Assembly: GCA_964016885.1 (NCBI GenBank)
Contig: OZ024759.1
Location: 27,280,001-27,344,000, forward strand
Direction: 5' to 3'
DNA: 64,000 nucleotides
DNA from: Eledone cirrhosa
Lineage: Eukaryota
Shown here: positions 7,098 through 23,700 of the stretch, one piece after another
Position numbering within the stretch: the stretch's first letter is position 1
Layout of the letters: each line of letters begins with the position of its first letter
Program-made: the position numbers and the translations under genes
The notes under the pieces: model-generated
What the model was told of the DNA's origin: nothing
What the model saw: only the letters and a program-made list of their open reading frames with translations
The model's database searches: none

Positions 7098-10000
7098 CAT
7101 CGATACATTCTGTGAGTATGTCTTACTTAGGCAACAGTCAAGTAATTTGCGGGGAGGAACCAATCCGTTGTATTGATCCCAGTACATGACTGGTACTATA
7201 AGTTATATGCTCCAAAATCATAAAATTATGGGTTAATCTAAACACTGAGAACACAAAGGTGGGGTAAAATTATTTAAAAATTGAGGTTTTAATATTTTAT
7301 TTTTTATTTACAAATTATATGTCTTGGTGTCATATTTAAGGATATAATGTAGTTATTGGTGGAAATAATATAATATGTGATGAAGAGGTGTATAGAACTG
7401 TGGATATAGAATTGTTTTAATCATTATTTTTAACGGACGAAAAAACTACATAATGACTTCTAGTCGGAGTTACGGGAAATTACGGCAAAGACCCTCCATG
7501 AAGGTTCAAATATTACGCATTATCTATATATAGGAATCAGGCTAAACAATTTACGGGCACGTCGCTCTAAGTTGGAATATTTTTCACACACACAGACACG
7601 GGAGTTAGGTATGGCATATTTCAAATAAGAGAACATTATTACAGACGGAGTCATTGTAGGTTCAAATCATTGTTAGACCGATCAGAAAGAAAATGGATAT
7701 ATAATTCATGAAAAAACCTGAAGTGTGAAAGACAGAGTCGACCCTTTCTAGTAACAACACTAAGAAAGCCATGAACGCCACCACGTCCTAAATCTAACTC
7801 TGCGATCGTCATATCAAATCGAAATACTTCACCAACTGTGGAAGATGAAGGATTGAAGAACTATGATATATAGCTAAGAGGCTTGTCTCCAGAACATTTG
7901 AAAAATGTTCCACCAGCCACCTGTATAGTAAATATTCCAAAGTATACCAAATATGTTTCGTAAATGTTTGTTCCTGGTTTAATTTTCCCAATTAGCTTCC
8001 TGATTTTTATTCAGGTTCTTTGCATATATTCCTTGAATAGGTTTTCGGGTAGCATACCTTCTTAAATCTCAAAATTCTATATCGGCCACCAAAGTTTCCA
8101 ATGGCCCTCAATTTTCTGTTCAGCTGCTCATCGTCCACCCAACAGTTGAAACCGCCCAGTTGAGGAACCCCTATGGGTAAGCTACCTCGAATGATGCTAT
8201 ATATTAATCGAGAGGAGGAGGTGACTATTATAATTTTTATAAGTAATAATCTTTTAAAGACAAGAGGAAATTTCATCATTAAAATCATAAATATATGTCT
8301 ACAGAATACAGATTATCAAAATGAAATTAAAAGCAAGTAAATCAGGGGCCACGAAACTTTACATATTTAGTTTTATTTCTATCGTGAAAAATGTTGATCT
8401 TCAGATATTAGATTATGGCGGCTGTAATTGTCTTTGTGTTGACGTGTTTGTTTGAAATCCTTTTTTTAATGTTTGTCTCTCTTTAAACATCGTTTATAGT
8501 TTGTTAAAATTAATTTTAGATTATTCGTACCTCGTCTGTGTGGTTTATTTTGATGTAGCGTCCCTGTCTTGTTTATTTTTGGTTACATTTTAAATGTGAA
8601 ATACAGGAACATCAGACATTAAAATGAAATGTTACGTAAAACATACACCTTGTGTTTATTCCAGGTATTTAGATAGATGTCCAGATGTCCACTGACAACA
8701 AAATAATACAATCATCCAGTGAAAGTTGGTAATAATCCAGGTTCGTTGCAGTCACCATTCACAGTAAACAATGGTTAGAAAGAAACAAAAACAAAAGACG
8801 TATTCAGCAGTTAATGAAGTGAAAACAAAATAAAAACAACTTTACTGAATAAAATTCATTTCTTAATTTCAATAAGGTTTTTTGTTCTTTCTTTTATAAA
8901 AGAAAACAAATTTTAATTAAAATATGTTGAATATAATATGGGACATTACGACGATGTACAGCATTATTAGTTCAAATCTTACTTAATAAAAGCAACAAAT
9001 ACGCAGTTATTAGTATAAAACCTAACGGAAATCGAACCCTAAATCAGGATCTCCACCGTCTCTAGTACTTACCATTAGGCCACAGGGACAGTTAGAAAAA
9101 TGCATTGAAAATTAATATTTACTTACCTATACTAGAAAAAACCGGAAGTGGAGAAAATTGAAAAACTTTTTCTTTTTCTTCCTCTGATTTTTGCCACGAA
9201 CGATAACTCGTCTCTGACTTAAATCCAAATTTTGGATAAAAAAAAATCAGAGGAAGAAAAAGAAGATGTTTTTCAATTTTCTCCACTTCCGGTTTTTTCT
9301 AGTAATGAAAAAGTAGGTTTATAAATATCAATTTTCAGTAAGTTTCCGTAACCGTCCCTTTAGCCTAGTGGTAAGTATAAGAGCCGGTGGAGGTCCAGGT
9401 GCGGCGTTCAATCACTGGCAGTGTGTCGTATTATACTTTTTATAGTATAAAACAAAAATAAAAAAGTAACTTTATAAATATTAATTTTCACACTGTTTTT
9501 ATATCTGTCTCCCTGGCCTAATGGTAGGTATTAGAGACGGTGGAGAACCTGCTCTGGGTTTCGATTTCAGTCAAAGTCTATAGATAATAATTTCATTTTT
9601 TACTTTACTAGAGAAAAATTTAAATTTTAAAATATATAGTACAGATTCGGACTGAGATTGAACACCACATCAGTGTCTACATAGTCTCTAACACCTACCA
9701 TTAGGCCAACGAAACACATACAAGAACATAAGAAAAAAATTTATATTTATAAACCTACTTTCAATTTCCAAGCAAAATAGATGTGCTGGCGTTCATGGCT
9801 TTCTCATTGTTATTTCTACTAGAATCGGGTCAATGTTTACATTTATTCTTCTGGGGCTTTCATAAAATATATTTTCACTTTCTTTCGGGTTCATTAGATC
9901 CTACAACCAGATGATCTACAGGGACCTTCTTCATGGTCATAGCTGATTATTAAATATATACGGGAGAGTGTGTGTGTGTGTGTGTGTGTGTGTATTAGAT

Positions 10001-11619
10001 CTTGCCGTGATGTACTCAGCAATAATGGTTTTCAATTCCGTCGTCCCTCCATCCTTGGTGTGTATATAAATATATATGTGATTTTAACGTACAACGGCGA
10101 CAATATATAAATCTGTTTTGTTTGATAATAATTAGATAAAGCTAATTCTACAACCCCTGTTAAACATTGAAACGACGACTATAAAATATAGCAACAACCA
10201 CGACATAACAGTCTCTGGTTAAATATGATTTAATGAAATTATTGCTAGAGATTGATCCCTAATATTTTATCTCACTCCTTAACCAGGGAGGAAAGGTCCT
10301 CAGACTCGGACAATGTTGATAAGGAGAGCAGAGTGTATCCTTATTTGTCACGTCTTTCCAGTTGTCACGGTATATAAAAGGCAGTAGTAGTAGTCACTCC
10401 TGCGAAAGACGTTGTCAGTTAGCCTTCTGTAACGAGAGAAGAAGGTCGTGGCTTTTTTTTTTTTCCTCCCTATCACATAATTCATACATTTGTCATCCTT
10501 TAGATATCAATATACAAGAGAAAGAAGAAAATTGAGAACTTCGGTCTTTTAAAAGTAACATTTATTACATTAGAGCAAAATCTTGCATTAACAATATTTT
10601 GTGAGACTAAACATGGAATGGACAAAGAGATTATTAGAAGAAGGGCAATTGTCTCTATCTTAAACGTCAATACATTCTACAGAAAATCGAAATGAGAATA
10701 ATTACAGAGATACTTTACAAAATGTTTCGCGATATGGTTCAAGTTATTTTGTAGTAATATGCAGCTATATTTATACATGTCTCTTATACCCCCTCCACGA
10801 GGAATTGTGAATATGTATGAATATGATTTTAAAGATGGCTAAACATGTTGAAGAAAAAAAAAAGGAATTCAGATGATAGGAATAATAAAACATTCCTTTG
10901 CCTAGCTAAATGTCGAGAGGTCTAAAACACTAGTTGAATGATATGTGTGATACGACCTAGAATATTGTTTTGGGGCATGGTCAGACGACTTCAGAAAATA
11001 CGGAGAAGCTATTGAAGGAATCGAGAAAAGAACAAAACAGAAAACACCAGAATTATTAAGAAATCGTCTTCTGAAGAAAGATGTTAAACTTTAGGGATTG
11101 CAAATTTAGAGGAGATAAATCTAACAGGGTGGGGGGACATGATAGAAATATATATTTAAAGGACTAATATTTAAATAGTAGTACACTATTCAAATGTAAA
11201 GCTCTGAATAACTATATCTTTCGGGGAGATATATCAAACAAGTGACATGATAGAAATATTTAAAATAATGAAAAGACTACAATATACAGTATTGCAGAAG
11301 TAAATGAAAATATAAGAAGACATCACCATTGAACTGCAGATGAAAGTCAGTACTCTTTACATTTATCCCAGGTATATAGAAAGCTATCCTGATGTCCACT
11401 GATTGAAATATAAAACAATAAAGAAACACTACAATCCAGTAAACCTTAGTAATAATCCAATTAAGCCGCCATTTACAATAGAAAGTAGTAAGAAAAACAA
11501 AGTCACACTCAGAAGTTAATGCAGTGAAAACAATAAAAATATTATTAATAAATAATAATAATTTCATTTCATATTATCATTAAATTGTTTGTCTATTTTT
11601 ATTTTAAACATAAAATATA

Positions 11620-11675
<56 letters not shown>

Positions 11676-14600
11676 CATCGATACATTCTGTGAGTATGTC
11701 TTACTTAGGCAACAGTCAAGTAATTTGCGGGGAGGAACCAATCCGTTATATTGATCCCAGTACATGACTGGTACTATAAGTTATATGCTCCAAAATCATA
11801 AAATTATGGGTTAATCTAAACACTGAGAACACAAAGGTGGGGTAAAATTATTTAAAAATTGAGGTTTTAATATTTTATTTTTTATTTACAAATTATATGT
11901 CTTGGTGTCATATTTAAGGATATAATGTAGTTATTGGTGGAAATAATATAATATGTGATGAAGAGGTGTATAGAACTGTGGATATAGAATTGTTTTAATC
12001 ATTATTTTTAACGGACGAAAAAACTACATAATGACTTCTAGTCGGAGTTACGGGAAATTACGGCAAAGACCCTCCATGAAGGTTCAAATATTACGCATTA
12101 TCTATATATAGGAATCAGGCTAAACAATTTACGGGCACGTCGCTCTAAGTTGGAATATTTTTCACACACACAGACACGGGAGTTAGGTATGGCATATTTC
12201 AAATAAGAGAACATTATTACAGACGGAGTCATTGTAGGTTCAAATCATTGTTAGACCGATCAGAAAGAAAATGGATATATAATTCATGAAAAAACCTGAA
12301 GTGTGAAAGACAGAGTCGACCCTTTCTAGTAACAACACTAAGAAAGCCATGAACGCCACCACGTCCTAAATCTAACTCTGCGATCGTCATATCAAATCGA
12401 AATACTTCACCAACTGTGGAAGATGAAGGATTGAAGAACTATGATATATAGCTAAGAGGCTTGTCTCCAGAACATTTGAAAAATGTTCCACCAGCCACCT
12501 GTATAGTAAATATTCCAAAGTATACCAAATATGTTTCGTAAATGTTTGTTCCTGGTTTAATTTTCCCAATTAGCTTCCTGATTTTTATTCAGGTTCTTTG
12601 CATATATTCCTTGAATAGGTTTTCGGGTAGCATACCTTCTTAAATCTCAAAATTCTATATCGGCCACCAAAGTTTCCAATGGCCCTCAATTTTCTGTTCA
12701 GCTGCTCATCGTCCACCCAACAGTTGAAACCGCCCAGTTGAGGAACCCCTATGGGTAAGCTACCTCGAATGATGCTATATATTAATCGAGAGGAGGAGGT
12801 GACTATTATAATTTTTATAAGTAATAATCTTTTAAAGACAAGAGGAAATTTCATCATTAAAATCATAAATATATGTCTACAGAATACAGATTATCAAAAT
12901 GAAATTAAAAGCAAGTAAATCAGGGGCCACGAAACTTTACATATTTAGTTTTATTTCTATCGTGAAAAATGTTGATCTTCAGATATTAGATTATGGCGGC
13001 TGTACTTGTCTTTGTGTTGACGTGTTTGTTTGAAATCCTTTTTTTAATGTTTGTCTCTCTTTAAACATCGTTTATAGTTTGTTAAAATTAATTTTAGATT
13101 ATTCGTACCTCGTCTGTGTGGTTTATTTTGATGTAGCGTCCCTGTCTTGTTTATTTTTGGTTACATTTTAAATGTGAAATACAGGAACATCAGACATTAA
13201 AATGAAATGTTACGTAAAACATACACCTTGTGTTTATTCCAGGTATTTAGATAGATGTCCAGATGTCCACTGACAACAAAATAATACAATCATCCAGTGA
13301 AAGTTGGTAATAATCCAGGTTCGTTGCAGTCACCATTCACAGTAAACAATGGTTAGAAAGAAACAAAAACAAAAGACGTATTCAGCAGTTAATGAAGTGA
13401 AAACAAAATAAAAACAACTTTACTGAATAAAATTCATTTCTTAATTTCAATAAGGTTTTTTGTTCTTTCTTTTATAAAAGAAAACAAATTTTAATTAAAA
13501 TATGTTGAATATAATATGGGACATTACGACAAAGTACAGCATTATTAGTTCAAATCTTACTTAATAAAAGCAACAAATACGCAGTTATTAGTATAAAACC
13601 TAACGGAAATCGAACCCTAAAACAGGATCTCCACCGTCTCTAGTACTTACCATTAGGCCACAGGGACAGTTAGAAAAATGCATTGAAAATTAATATTTAC
13701 TTACCTATACTAGAAAAAACCGGAAGTGGAGAAAATTGAAAAGCTTTTTCTTTTTCTTCCTCTGATTTTTGCCACGAACGATAACTCGTCTCTGACTTAA
13801 ATCCAAATTTTGGATATAAAAAAATCAGAGGAAGAAAAAGAAGATGTTTTTCAATTTTCTCCACTTCCGGTTTTTTCTAGTAATGAAAAAGTAGGTTTAT
13901 AAATATCAATTTTCAGTAAGTTTCCGTAACCGTCCCTTTAGCCTAGTGGTAAGTATAAGAGCCGGTGGAGGTCCAGGTGCGGGGTTCAATCACTGGCAGT
14001 GTGTCGTATTATACTTTTTATAGTATAAAACAAAAATAAAAAAGTAACTTTATAAATATTAATTTTCACACTGTTTTTATATCTGTCTCCCTGGCCTAAT
14101 GGTAGGTATTAGAGACGGTGGAGAACCTGCTCTGGGTTTCGATTTCAGTCAAAGTCTATAGATAATAATTTCATTTTTTACTTTACTAGAGAAAAATTTA
14201 AATTTTAAAATATATAGTACAGATTCGGACTGAGATTGAACACCACATCAGTGTCTACATAGTCTCTAACACCTACCATTAGGCCAACGAAACACATACA
14301 AGAACATAAGAAAAAAATTTATATTTATAAACCTACTTTCAATTTCCAAGCAAAATAGATGTGCTGGCGTTCATGGCTTTCTCATTGTTATTTCTACTAG
14401 AATCGGGTCAATGTTTACATTTATTCTTCTGGGGCTTTCATAAAATATATTTTCACTTTCTTTCGGGTTCATTAGATCCTACAACCAGATGATCTACAGG
14501 GACCTTCTTCATGGTCATAGCTGATTATTAAATATATACGGGAGAGTGTGTGTGTGTGTGTGTGTATTAGATATTGCCGTGATGTACTCAGCAATAATGG

Positions 14601-16188
14601 TTTTCAATTCCGTCGTCCCTCCATCCTTGGTGTGTATATAAATATATATGTGATTTTAACGTACAACGGCGACAATATATAAATCTGTTTTGTTTGATAA
14701 TAATTAGATAAAGCTAATTCTACAACCCCTGTTAAACATTGAAACGACGACTATAAAATATAGCAACAACCACGACATAACAGTCTCTGGTTAAATATGA
14801 TTTAATGAAATTATTGCTAGAGATTGATCCCTAATATTTTATCTCACTCCTTAACCAGGGAGGAAAGGTCCTCAGACTCGGACAATGTTGATAAGGAGAG
14901 CAGAGTGTATCCTTATTTGTCACGTCTTTCCAGTTGTCACGGTATATAAAAGGCAGTAGTAGTAGTCACTCCTGCGAAAGACGTTGTCAGTTAGCCTTCT
15001 GTAACGAGAGAAGAAGGTCGTGGCTTTTTTTTTCCTCCCTATCACATAATTCATACATTTGTCATCCTTTAGATATCAATATACAAGAGAAAGAAGAAAA
15101 TTGAGAACTTCGGTCTTTTAAAAGTAACATTTATTACATTAGAGCAAAATCTTGCATTAACAATATTTTGTGAGACTAAACATGGAATGGACAAAGAGAT
15201 TATTAGAAGAAGGGCAATTGTCTCTATCTTAAACGTCAATACATTCTACAGAAAATCGAAATGAGAATAATTACAGAGATACTTTACAAAATGTTTCGCG
15301 ATATGGTTCAAGTTATTTTGTAGTAATATGCAGCTATATTTATACATGTCTCTTATACCCCCTCCACGAGGAATTGTGAATATGTATGAATATGATTTTA
15401 AAGATGGCTAAACATGTTGAAGAAAAAAAAAAGGAATTCAGATGATAGGAATAATAAAACATTCCTTTGCCTAGCTAAATGTCGAGAGGTCTAAAACACT
15501 AGTTGAATGATATGTGTGATACGACCTAGAATATTGTTTTGGGGCATGGTCAGACGACTTCAGAAAATACGGAGAAGCTATTGAAGGAATCGAGAAAAGA
15601 ACAAAACAGAAAACACCAGAATTATTAAGAAATCGTCTTCTGAAGAAAGATGTTAAACTTTAGGGATTGCAAATTTAGAGGAGATAAATCTAACAGGGTG
15701 GGGGGACATGATAGAAATATATATTTAAAGGACTAATATTTAAATAGTAGTACACTATTCAAATGTAAAGCTCTGAATAACTATATCTTTCGGGGAGATA
15801 TATCAAACAAGTGACATGATAGAAATATTTAAAATAATGAAAAGACTACAATATACAGTATTGCAGAAGTAAATGAAAATATAAGAAGACATCACCATTG
15901 AACTGCAGATGAAAGTCAGTACTCTTTACATTTATCCCAGGTATATAGAAAGCTATCCTGATGTCCACTGATTGAAATATAAAACAATAAAGAAACACTA
16001 CAATCCAGTAAACCTTAGTAATAATCCAATTAAGCCGCCATTTACAATAGAAAGTAGTAAGAAAAACAAAGTCACACTCAGAAGTTAATGCAGTGAAAAC
16101 AATAAAAATATTATTAATAAATAATAATAATTTCATTTCATATTATCATTAAATTGTTTGTCTATTTTTATTTTAAACATAAAATATA

Positions 16189-16232
<44 letters not shown>

Positions 16233-19200
16233 CATCGATACATTCTGTGAGTATGTCTTACTTAGGCAACAGTCAAGTAATTTGCGGGGAGGAACCAATC
16301 CGTTATATTGATCCCAGTACATGACTGGTACTATAAGTTATATGCTCCAAAATCATAAAATTATGGGTTAATCTAAACACTGAGAACACAAAGGTGGGGT
16401 AAAATTATTTAAAAATTGAGGTTTTAATATTTTATTTTTTATTTACAAATTATATGTCTTGGTGTCATATTTAAGGATATAATGTAGTTATTGGTGGAAA
16501 TAATATAATATGTGATGAAGAGGTGTATAGAACTGTGGATATAGAATTGTTTTAATCATTATTTTTAACGGACGAAAAAATTACATAATGACTTCTAGTC
16601 GGAGTTACGGGAAATTACGGCAAAGACCCTCCATGAAGGTTCAAATATTACACATTATCTATATATAGGAATCAGGCTAAACAATTTACGGGCACGTCGC
16701 TCTAAGTTGGAATATTTTTCACACACACAGACACGGGAGTTAGGTATGGCATATTTCAAATAAGAGAACATTATTACAGACGGAGTCATTGTAGGTTCAA
16801 ATCATTGTTAGACCGATCAGAAAGAAAATGGATATTTAATTCATGAAAAAACCTGAAGTGTGAAAGACAGAGTCGACCCTTTCTAGTAACAACACTAAGA
16901 AAGCCATGAACGCCACCACGTCCTAAATCTAACTCTGCGATCGTCATATCAAATCGAAATACTTCACCAACTGTGGAAGATGAAGGATTGAAGAACTATG
17001 ATATATAGCTAAGAGGCTTGTCTTCAGAACATTTGAAAAATGTTCCACCAGCCACCTGTATAGTAAATATTCCAAAGTATACCAAATATGTTTCGTAAAT
17101 GTTTGTTCCTGGTTTAATTTTCCCAATTAGCTTCCTGATTTTTATTCAGGTTCTTTGCATATATTCCTTGAATAGGTTTTCGGGTAGCATACCTTCTTAA
17201 ATCTCAAAATTCTATATCGGCCACCAAAGTTTCCAATGGCCCTCAATTTTCTGTTCAGCTGCTCATCGTCCACCCAACAGTTGAAACCGCCCAGTTGAGG
17301 AACCCCTATGGGTAAGCTACCTCGAATGATGCTATATATTAATCGAGAGGAGGAGGTGACTATTATAATTTTTATAAGTAATAATCTTTTAAAGACAAGA
17401 GGAAATTTCATCATTAAAATCATAAATATATGTCTACAGAATACAGATTATCAAAATGAAATTAAAAGCAAGTAAATCAGGGGCCACGAAACTTTACATA
17501 TTTAGTTTTATTTCTATCGTGAAAAATGTTGATCTTCAGATATTAGATTATGGCGGCTGTAATTGTCTTTGTGTTGACGTGTTTGTTTGAAATCCTTTTT
17601 TTAATGTTTGTCTCTCTTTAAACATCGTTTATAGTTTGTTAAAATTAATTTTAGATTATTCGTACCTCGTCTGTGTGGTTTATTTTGATGTAGCGTCCCT
17701 GTCTTGTTTATTTTTGGTTACATTTTAAATGTGAAATACAGGAACATCAGACATTAAAATGAAATGTTACGTAAAACATACACCTTGTGTTTATTCCAGG
17801 TATTTAGATAGATGTCCAGATGTCCACTGACAACAAAATAATACAATCATCCAGTGAAAGTTGGTAATAATCCAGGTTCGTTGCAGTCACCATTCACAGT
17901 AAACAATGGTTAGAAAGAAACAAAAACAAAAGACGTATTCAGCAGTTAATGAAGTGAAAACAAAATAAAAACAACTTTACTGAATAAAATTCATTTCTTA
18001 ATTTCAATAAGGTTTTTTGTTCTTTCTTTTATAAAAGAAAACAAATTTTAATTAAAATATGTTGAATATAATATGGGACATTACGACGATGTACAGCATT
18101 ATTAGTTCAAATCTTACTTAATAAAAGCAACAAATACGCAGTTATTAGTATAAAACCTAACGGAAATCGAACCCTAAATCAGGATCTCCACCGTCTCTAG
18201 TACTTACCATTAGGCCACAGGGACAGTTAGAAAAATGCATTGAAAATTAATATTTACTTACCTATACTAGAAAAAACCGGAAGTGGAGAAAATTGAAAAA
18301 CTTTTTCTTTTTCTTCCTCTGATTTTTGCCACGAACGATAACTCGTCTCTGACTTAAATCCAAATTTTGGATAAAAAAAAATCAGAGGAAGAAAAAGAAG
18401 ATGTTTTTCAATTTTCTCCACTTCCGGTTTTTTCTAGTAATGAAAAAGTAGGTTTATAAATATCAATTTTCAGTAAGTTTCCGTAACCGTCCCTTTAGCC
18501 TAGTGGTAAGTATAAGAGCCGGTGGAGGTCCAGGTGCGGGGTTCAATCACTGGCAGTGTGTCGTATTATATATTTTATAGTATAAAACAAAAATAAAAAA
18601 GTAACTTTATAAATATTAATTTTCACACTGTTTTTATATTTGTCTCCGTGGCCTAATGGTAGGTATTAGAGACGGTGGAGAACCTCCTCTGGGTTTAGAT
18701 TTCAGTCAAAGTCTATAGATAATAATTTTTATTTTTTACTTTACTAGAGAAAAATTTAAATTTTAAAATATATAGTACAGATTCGGACTGAGATTGAACA
18801 CCACATCAGTGTCTACATAGTCTCTAACACCTACCATTAGGCCAACGAAACACATACAAGAACATAAGAAAAAAATTTATATTTATAAACCTACTTTCAA
18901 TTTCCAAGCAAAATAGATGTGCTGGCGTTCATGGCTTTCTCATTGTTATTTCTACTAGAATCGGGTCAATGTTTACATTTATTCTTCTGGGGCTTTCATA
19001 AAATATATTTTCACTTTCTTTCGGGTTCATTAGATCCTACAACCAGATGATCTACAGGGACCTTCTTCATGGTCATAGCTGATTATTAAATATATACGGG
19101 AGAGTGTGTGTGTGTGTGTGTGTGTGTGTATTAGATCTTGCCGTGATGTACTCAGCAATAATGGTTTTCAATTCCGTCGTCCCTCCATCCTTGGTGTGTA

Positions 19201-20754
19201 TATAAATATATATGTGATTTTAACGTACAACGGCGACAATATATAAATCTGTTTTGTTTGATAATAATTAGATAAAGCTAATTCTACAACCCCTGTTAAA
19301 CATTGAAACGACGACTATAAAATATAGCAACAACCACGACATAACAGTCTCTGGTTAAATATGATTTAATGAAATTATTGCTAGAGATTGATCCCTAATA
19401 TTTTATCTCACTCCTTAACCAGGGAGGAAAGGTCCTCAGACTCGGACAATGTTGATAAGGAGAGCAGAGTGTATCCTTATTTGTCACGTCTTTCCAGTTG
19501 TCACGGTATATAAAAGGCAGTAGTAGTAGTCACTCCTGCGAAAGACGTTGTCAGTTAGCCTTCTGTAACGAGAGAAGAAGGTCGTGGCTTTTTTTTTTTC
19601 CTCCCTATCACATAATTCATACATTTGTCATCCTTTAGATATCAATATACAAGAGAAAGAAGAAAATTGAGAACTTCGGTCTTTTAAAAGTAACATTTAT
19701 TACATTAGAGCAAAATCTTGCATTAACAATATTTTGTGAGACTAAACATGGAATGGACAAAGAGATTATTAGAAGAAGGGCAATTGTCTCTATCTTAAAC
19801 GTCAATACATTCTACAGAAAATCGAAATGAGAATAATTACAGAGATACTTTACAAAATGTTTCGCGATATGGTTCAAGTTATTTTGTAGTAATATGCAGC
19901 TATATTTATACATGTCTCTTATACCCCCTCCACGAGGAATTGTGAATATGTATGAATATGATTTTAAAGATGGCTAAACATGTTGAAGAAAAAAAAAAGG
20001 AATTCAGATGATAGGAATAATAAAACATTCCTTTGCCTAGCTAAATGTCGAGAGGTCTAAAACACTAGTTGAATGATATGTGTGATACGACCTAGAATAT
20101 TGTTTTGGGGCATGGTCAGACGACTTCAGAAAATACGGAGAAGCTATTGAAGGAATCGAGAAAAGAACAAAACAGAAAACACCAGAATTATTAAGAAATC
20201 GTCTTCTGAAGAAAGATGTTAAACTTTAGGGATTGCAAATTTAGAGGAGATAAATCTAACAGGGTGGGGGGACATGATAGAAATATATATTTAAAGGACT
20301 AATATTTAAATAGTAGTACACTATTCAAATGTAAAGCTCTGAATAACTATATCTTTCGGGGAGATATATCAAACAAGTGACATGATAGAAATATTTAAAA
20401 TAATGAAAAGACTACAATATACAGTATTGCAGAAGTAAATGAAAATATAAGAAGACATCACCATTGAACTGCAGATGAAAGTCAGTACTCTTTACATTTA
20501 TCCCAGGTATATAGAAAGCTATCCTGATGTCCACTGATTGAAATATAAAACAATAAAGAAACACCACAATCCAGTAAACCTTAGTAATAATCCAATTAAG
20601 CCGCCATTTACAATAGAAAGTAGTAAGAAAAACAAAGTCACACTCAGAAGTTAATGCAGTGAAAACAATAAAAATATTATTAATAAATAATAATAATTTC
20701 ATTTCATATTATCATTAAATTGTTTGTCTATTTTTATTTTAAACATAAAATATA

Positions 20755-20794
<40 letters not shown>

Positions 20795-23700
20795 CATCGA
20801 TACATTCTGTGAGTATGTCTTACTTAGGCAACAGTCAAGTAATTTGCGGGGAGGAACCAATCCGTTATATTGATCCCAGTACATGACTGGTACTATAAGT
20901 TATATGCTCCAAAATCATAAAATTATGGGTTAATCTAAACACTGAGAACACAAAGGTGGGGTAAAATTATTTAAAAATTGAGGTTTTAATATTTTATTTT
21001 TTATTTACAAATTATATGTCTTGGTGTCATATTTAAGGATATAATGTAGTTATTGGTGGAAATAATATAATATGTGATGAAGAGGTGTATAGAACTGTGG
21101 ATATAGAATTGTTTTAATCATTATTTTTAACGGACGAAAAAACTACATAATGACTTCTAGTCGGAGTTACGGGAAATTACGGCAAAGACCCTCCATGAAG
21201 GTTCAAATATTACGCATTATCTATATATAGGAATCAGGCTAAACAATTTACGGGCACGTCGCTCTAAGTTGGAATATTTTTCACACACACAGACACGGGA
21301 GTTAGGTATGGCATATTTCAAATAAGAGAACATTATTACAGACGGAGTCATTGTAGGTTCAAATCATTGTTAGACCGATCAGAAAGAAAATGGATATATA
21401 ATTCATGAAAAAACCTGAAGTGTGAAAGACAGAGTCGACCCTTTCTAGTAACAACACTAAGAAAGCCATGAACGCCACCACGTCCTAAATCTAACTCTGC
21501 GATCGTCATATCAAATCGAAATACTTCACCAACTGTGGAAGATGAAGGATTGAAGAACTATGATATATAGCTAAGAGGCTTGTCTCCAGAACATTTGAAA
21601 AATGTTCCACCAGCCACCTGTATAGTAAATATTCCAAAGTATACCAAATATGTTTCGTAAATGTTTGTTCCTGGTTTAATTTTCCCAATTAGCTTCCTGA
21701 TTTTTATTCAGGTTCTTTGCATATATTCCTTGAATAGGTTTTCGGGTAGCATACCTTCTTAAATCTCAAAATTCTATATCGGCCACCAAAGTTTCCAATG
21801 GCCCTCAATTTTCTGTTCAGCTGCTCATCGTCCACCCAACAGTTGAAACCGCCCAGTTGAGGAACCCCTATGGGTAAGCTACCTCGAATGATGCTATATA
21901 TTAATCGAGAGGAGGAGGTGACTATTATAATTTTTATAAGTAATAATCTTTTAAAGACAAGAGGAAATTTCATCATTAAAATCATAAATATATGTCTACA
22001 GAATACAGATTATCAAAATGAAATTAAAAGCAAGTAAATCAGGGGCCACGAAACTTTACATATTTAGTTTTATTTCTATCGTGAAAAATGTTGATCTTCA
22101 GATATTAGATTATGGCGGCTGTAATTGTCTTTGTGTTGACGTGTTTGTTTGAAATCCTTTTTTTAATGTTTGTCTCTCTTTAAACATCGTTTATAGTTTG
22201 TTAAAATTAATTTTAGATTATTCGTACCTCGTCTGTGTGGTTTATTTTGATGTAGCGTCCCTGTCTTGTTTATTTTTGGTTACATTTTAAATGTGAAATA
22301 CAGGAACATCAGACATTAAAATGAAATGTTACGTAAAACATACACCTTGTGTTTATTCCAGGTATTTAGATAGATGTCCAGATGTCCACTGACAACAAAA
22401 TAATACAATCATCCAGTGAAAGTTGGTAATAATCCAGGTTCGTTGCAGTCACCATTCACAGTAAACAATGGTTAGAAAGAAACAAAAACAAAAGACGTAT
22501 TCAGCAGTTAATGAAGTGAAAACAAAATAAAAACAACTTTACTGAATAAAATTCATTTCTTAATTTCAATAAGGTTTTTTGTTCTTTCTTTTATAAAAGA
22601 AAACAAATTTTAATTAAAATATGTTGAATATAATATGGGACATTACGACAAAGTACAGCATTATTAGTTCAAATCTTACTTAATAAAAGCAACAAATACG
22701 CAGTTATTAGTATAAAACCTAACGGAAATCGAACCCTAAAACAGGATCTCCACCGTCTCTAGTACTTACCATTAGGCCACAGGGACAGTTAGAAAAATGC
22801 ATTGAAAATTAATATTTACTTACCTATACTAGAAAAAACCGGAAGTGGAGAAAATTGAAAAACTTTTTCTTTTTCTTCCTCTGATTTTTGCCACGAACGA
22901 TAACTCGTCTCTGACTTAAATCCAAATTTTGGATATAAAAAAATCAGAGGAAGAAAAAGAAGATGTTTTTCAATTTTCTCCACTTCCGGTTTTTCCTAGT
23001 AATGAAAAAGTAGGTTTATAAATATCAATTTTCAGTAAGTTTCCGTAACCGTCCCTTTAGCCTAGTGGTAAGTATAAGAGCCGGTGGAGGTCCAGGTGCG
23101 GGGTTCAATCACTGGCAGTGTGTCGTATTATATTTTTTATAGTATAAAACAAAAATAAAAAAGTAACTTTATAAATATTAATTTTCACACTGTTTTTATA
23201 TCTGTCTCCGTGGCCTAATGGTAGGTATTAGAGACGGTGGAGAACCTGCTCTGGGTTTCGATTTCAGTCAAAGTCTATAGATAATAATTTCATTTTTTAC
23301 TTTACTAGAGAAAAATTTAAATTTTAAAATATATAGTACAGATTCGGACTGAGATTGAACACCACATCAGTGTCTACATAGTCTCTAACACCTACCATTA
23401 GGCCAACGAAACACATACAAGAACATAAGAAAAAAATTTATATTTATAAACCTACTTTCAATTTCCAAGCAAAATAGATGTGCTGGCGTTCATGGCTTTC
23501 TCATTGTTATTTCTACTAGAATCGGGTCAATGTTTACATTTATTCTTCTGGGGCTTTCATAAAATATATTTTCACTTTCTTTCGGGTTCATTAGATCCTA
23601 CAACCAGATGATCTACAGGGACCTTCTTCATGGTCATAGCTGATTATTAAATATATACGGGAGAGTGTGTGTGTGTGTGTGTGTATTAGATATTGCCGTG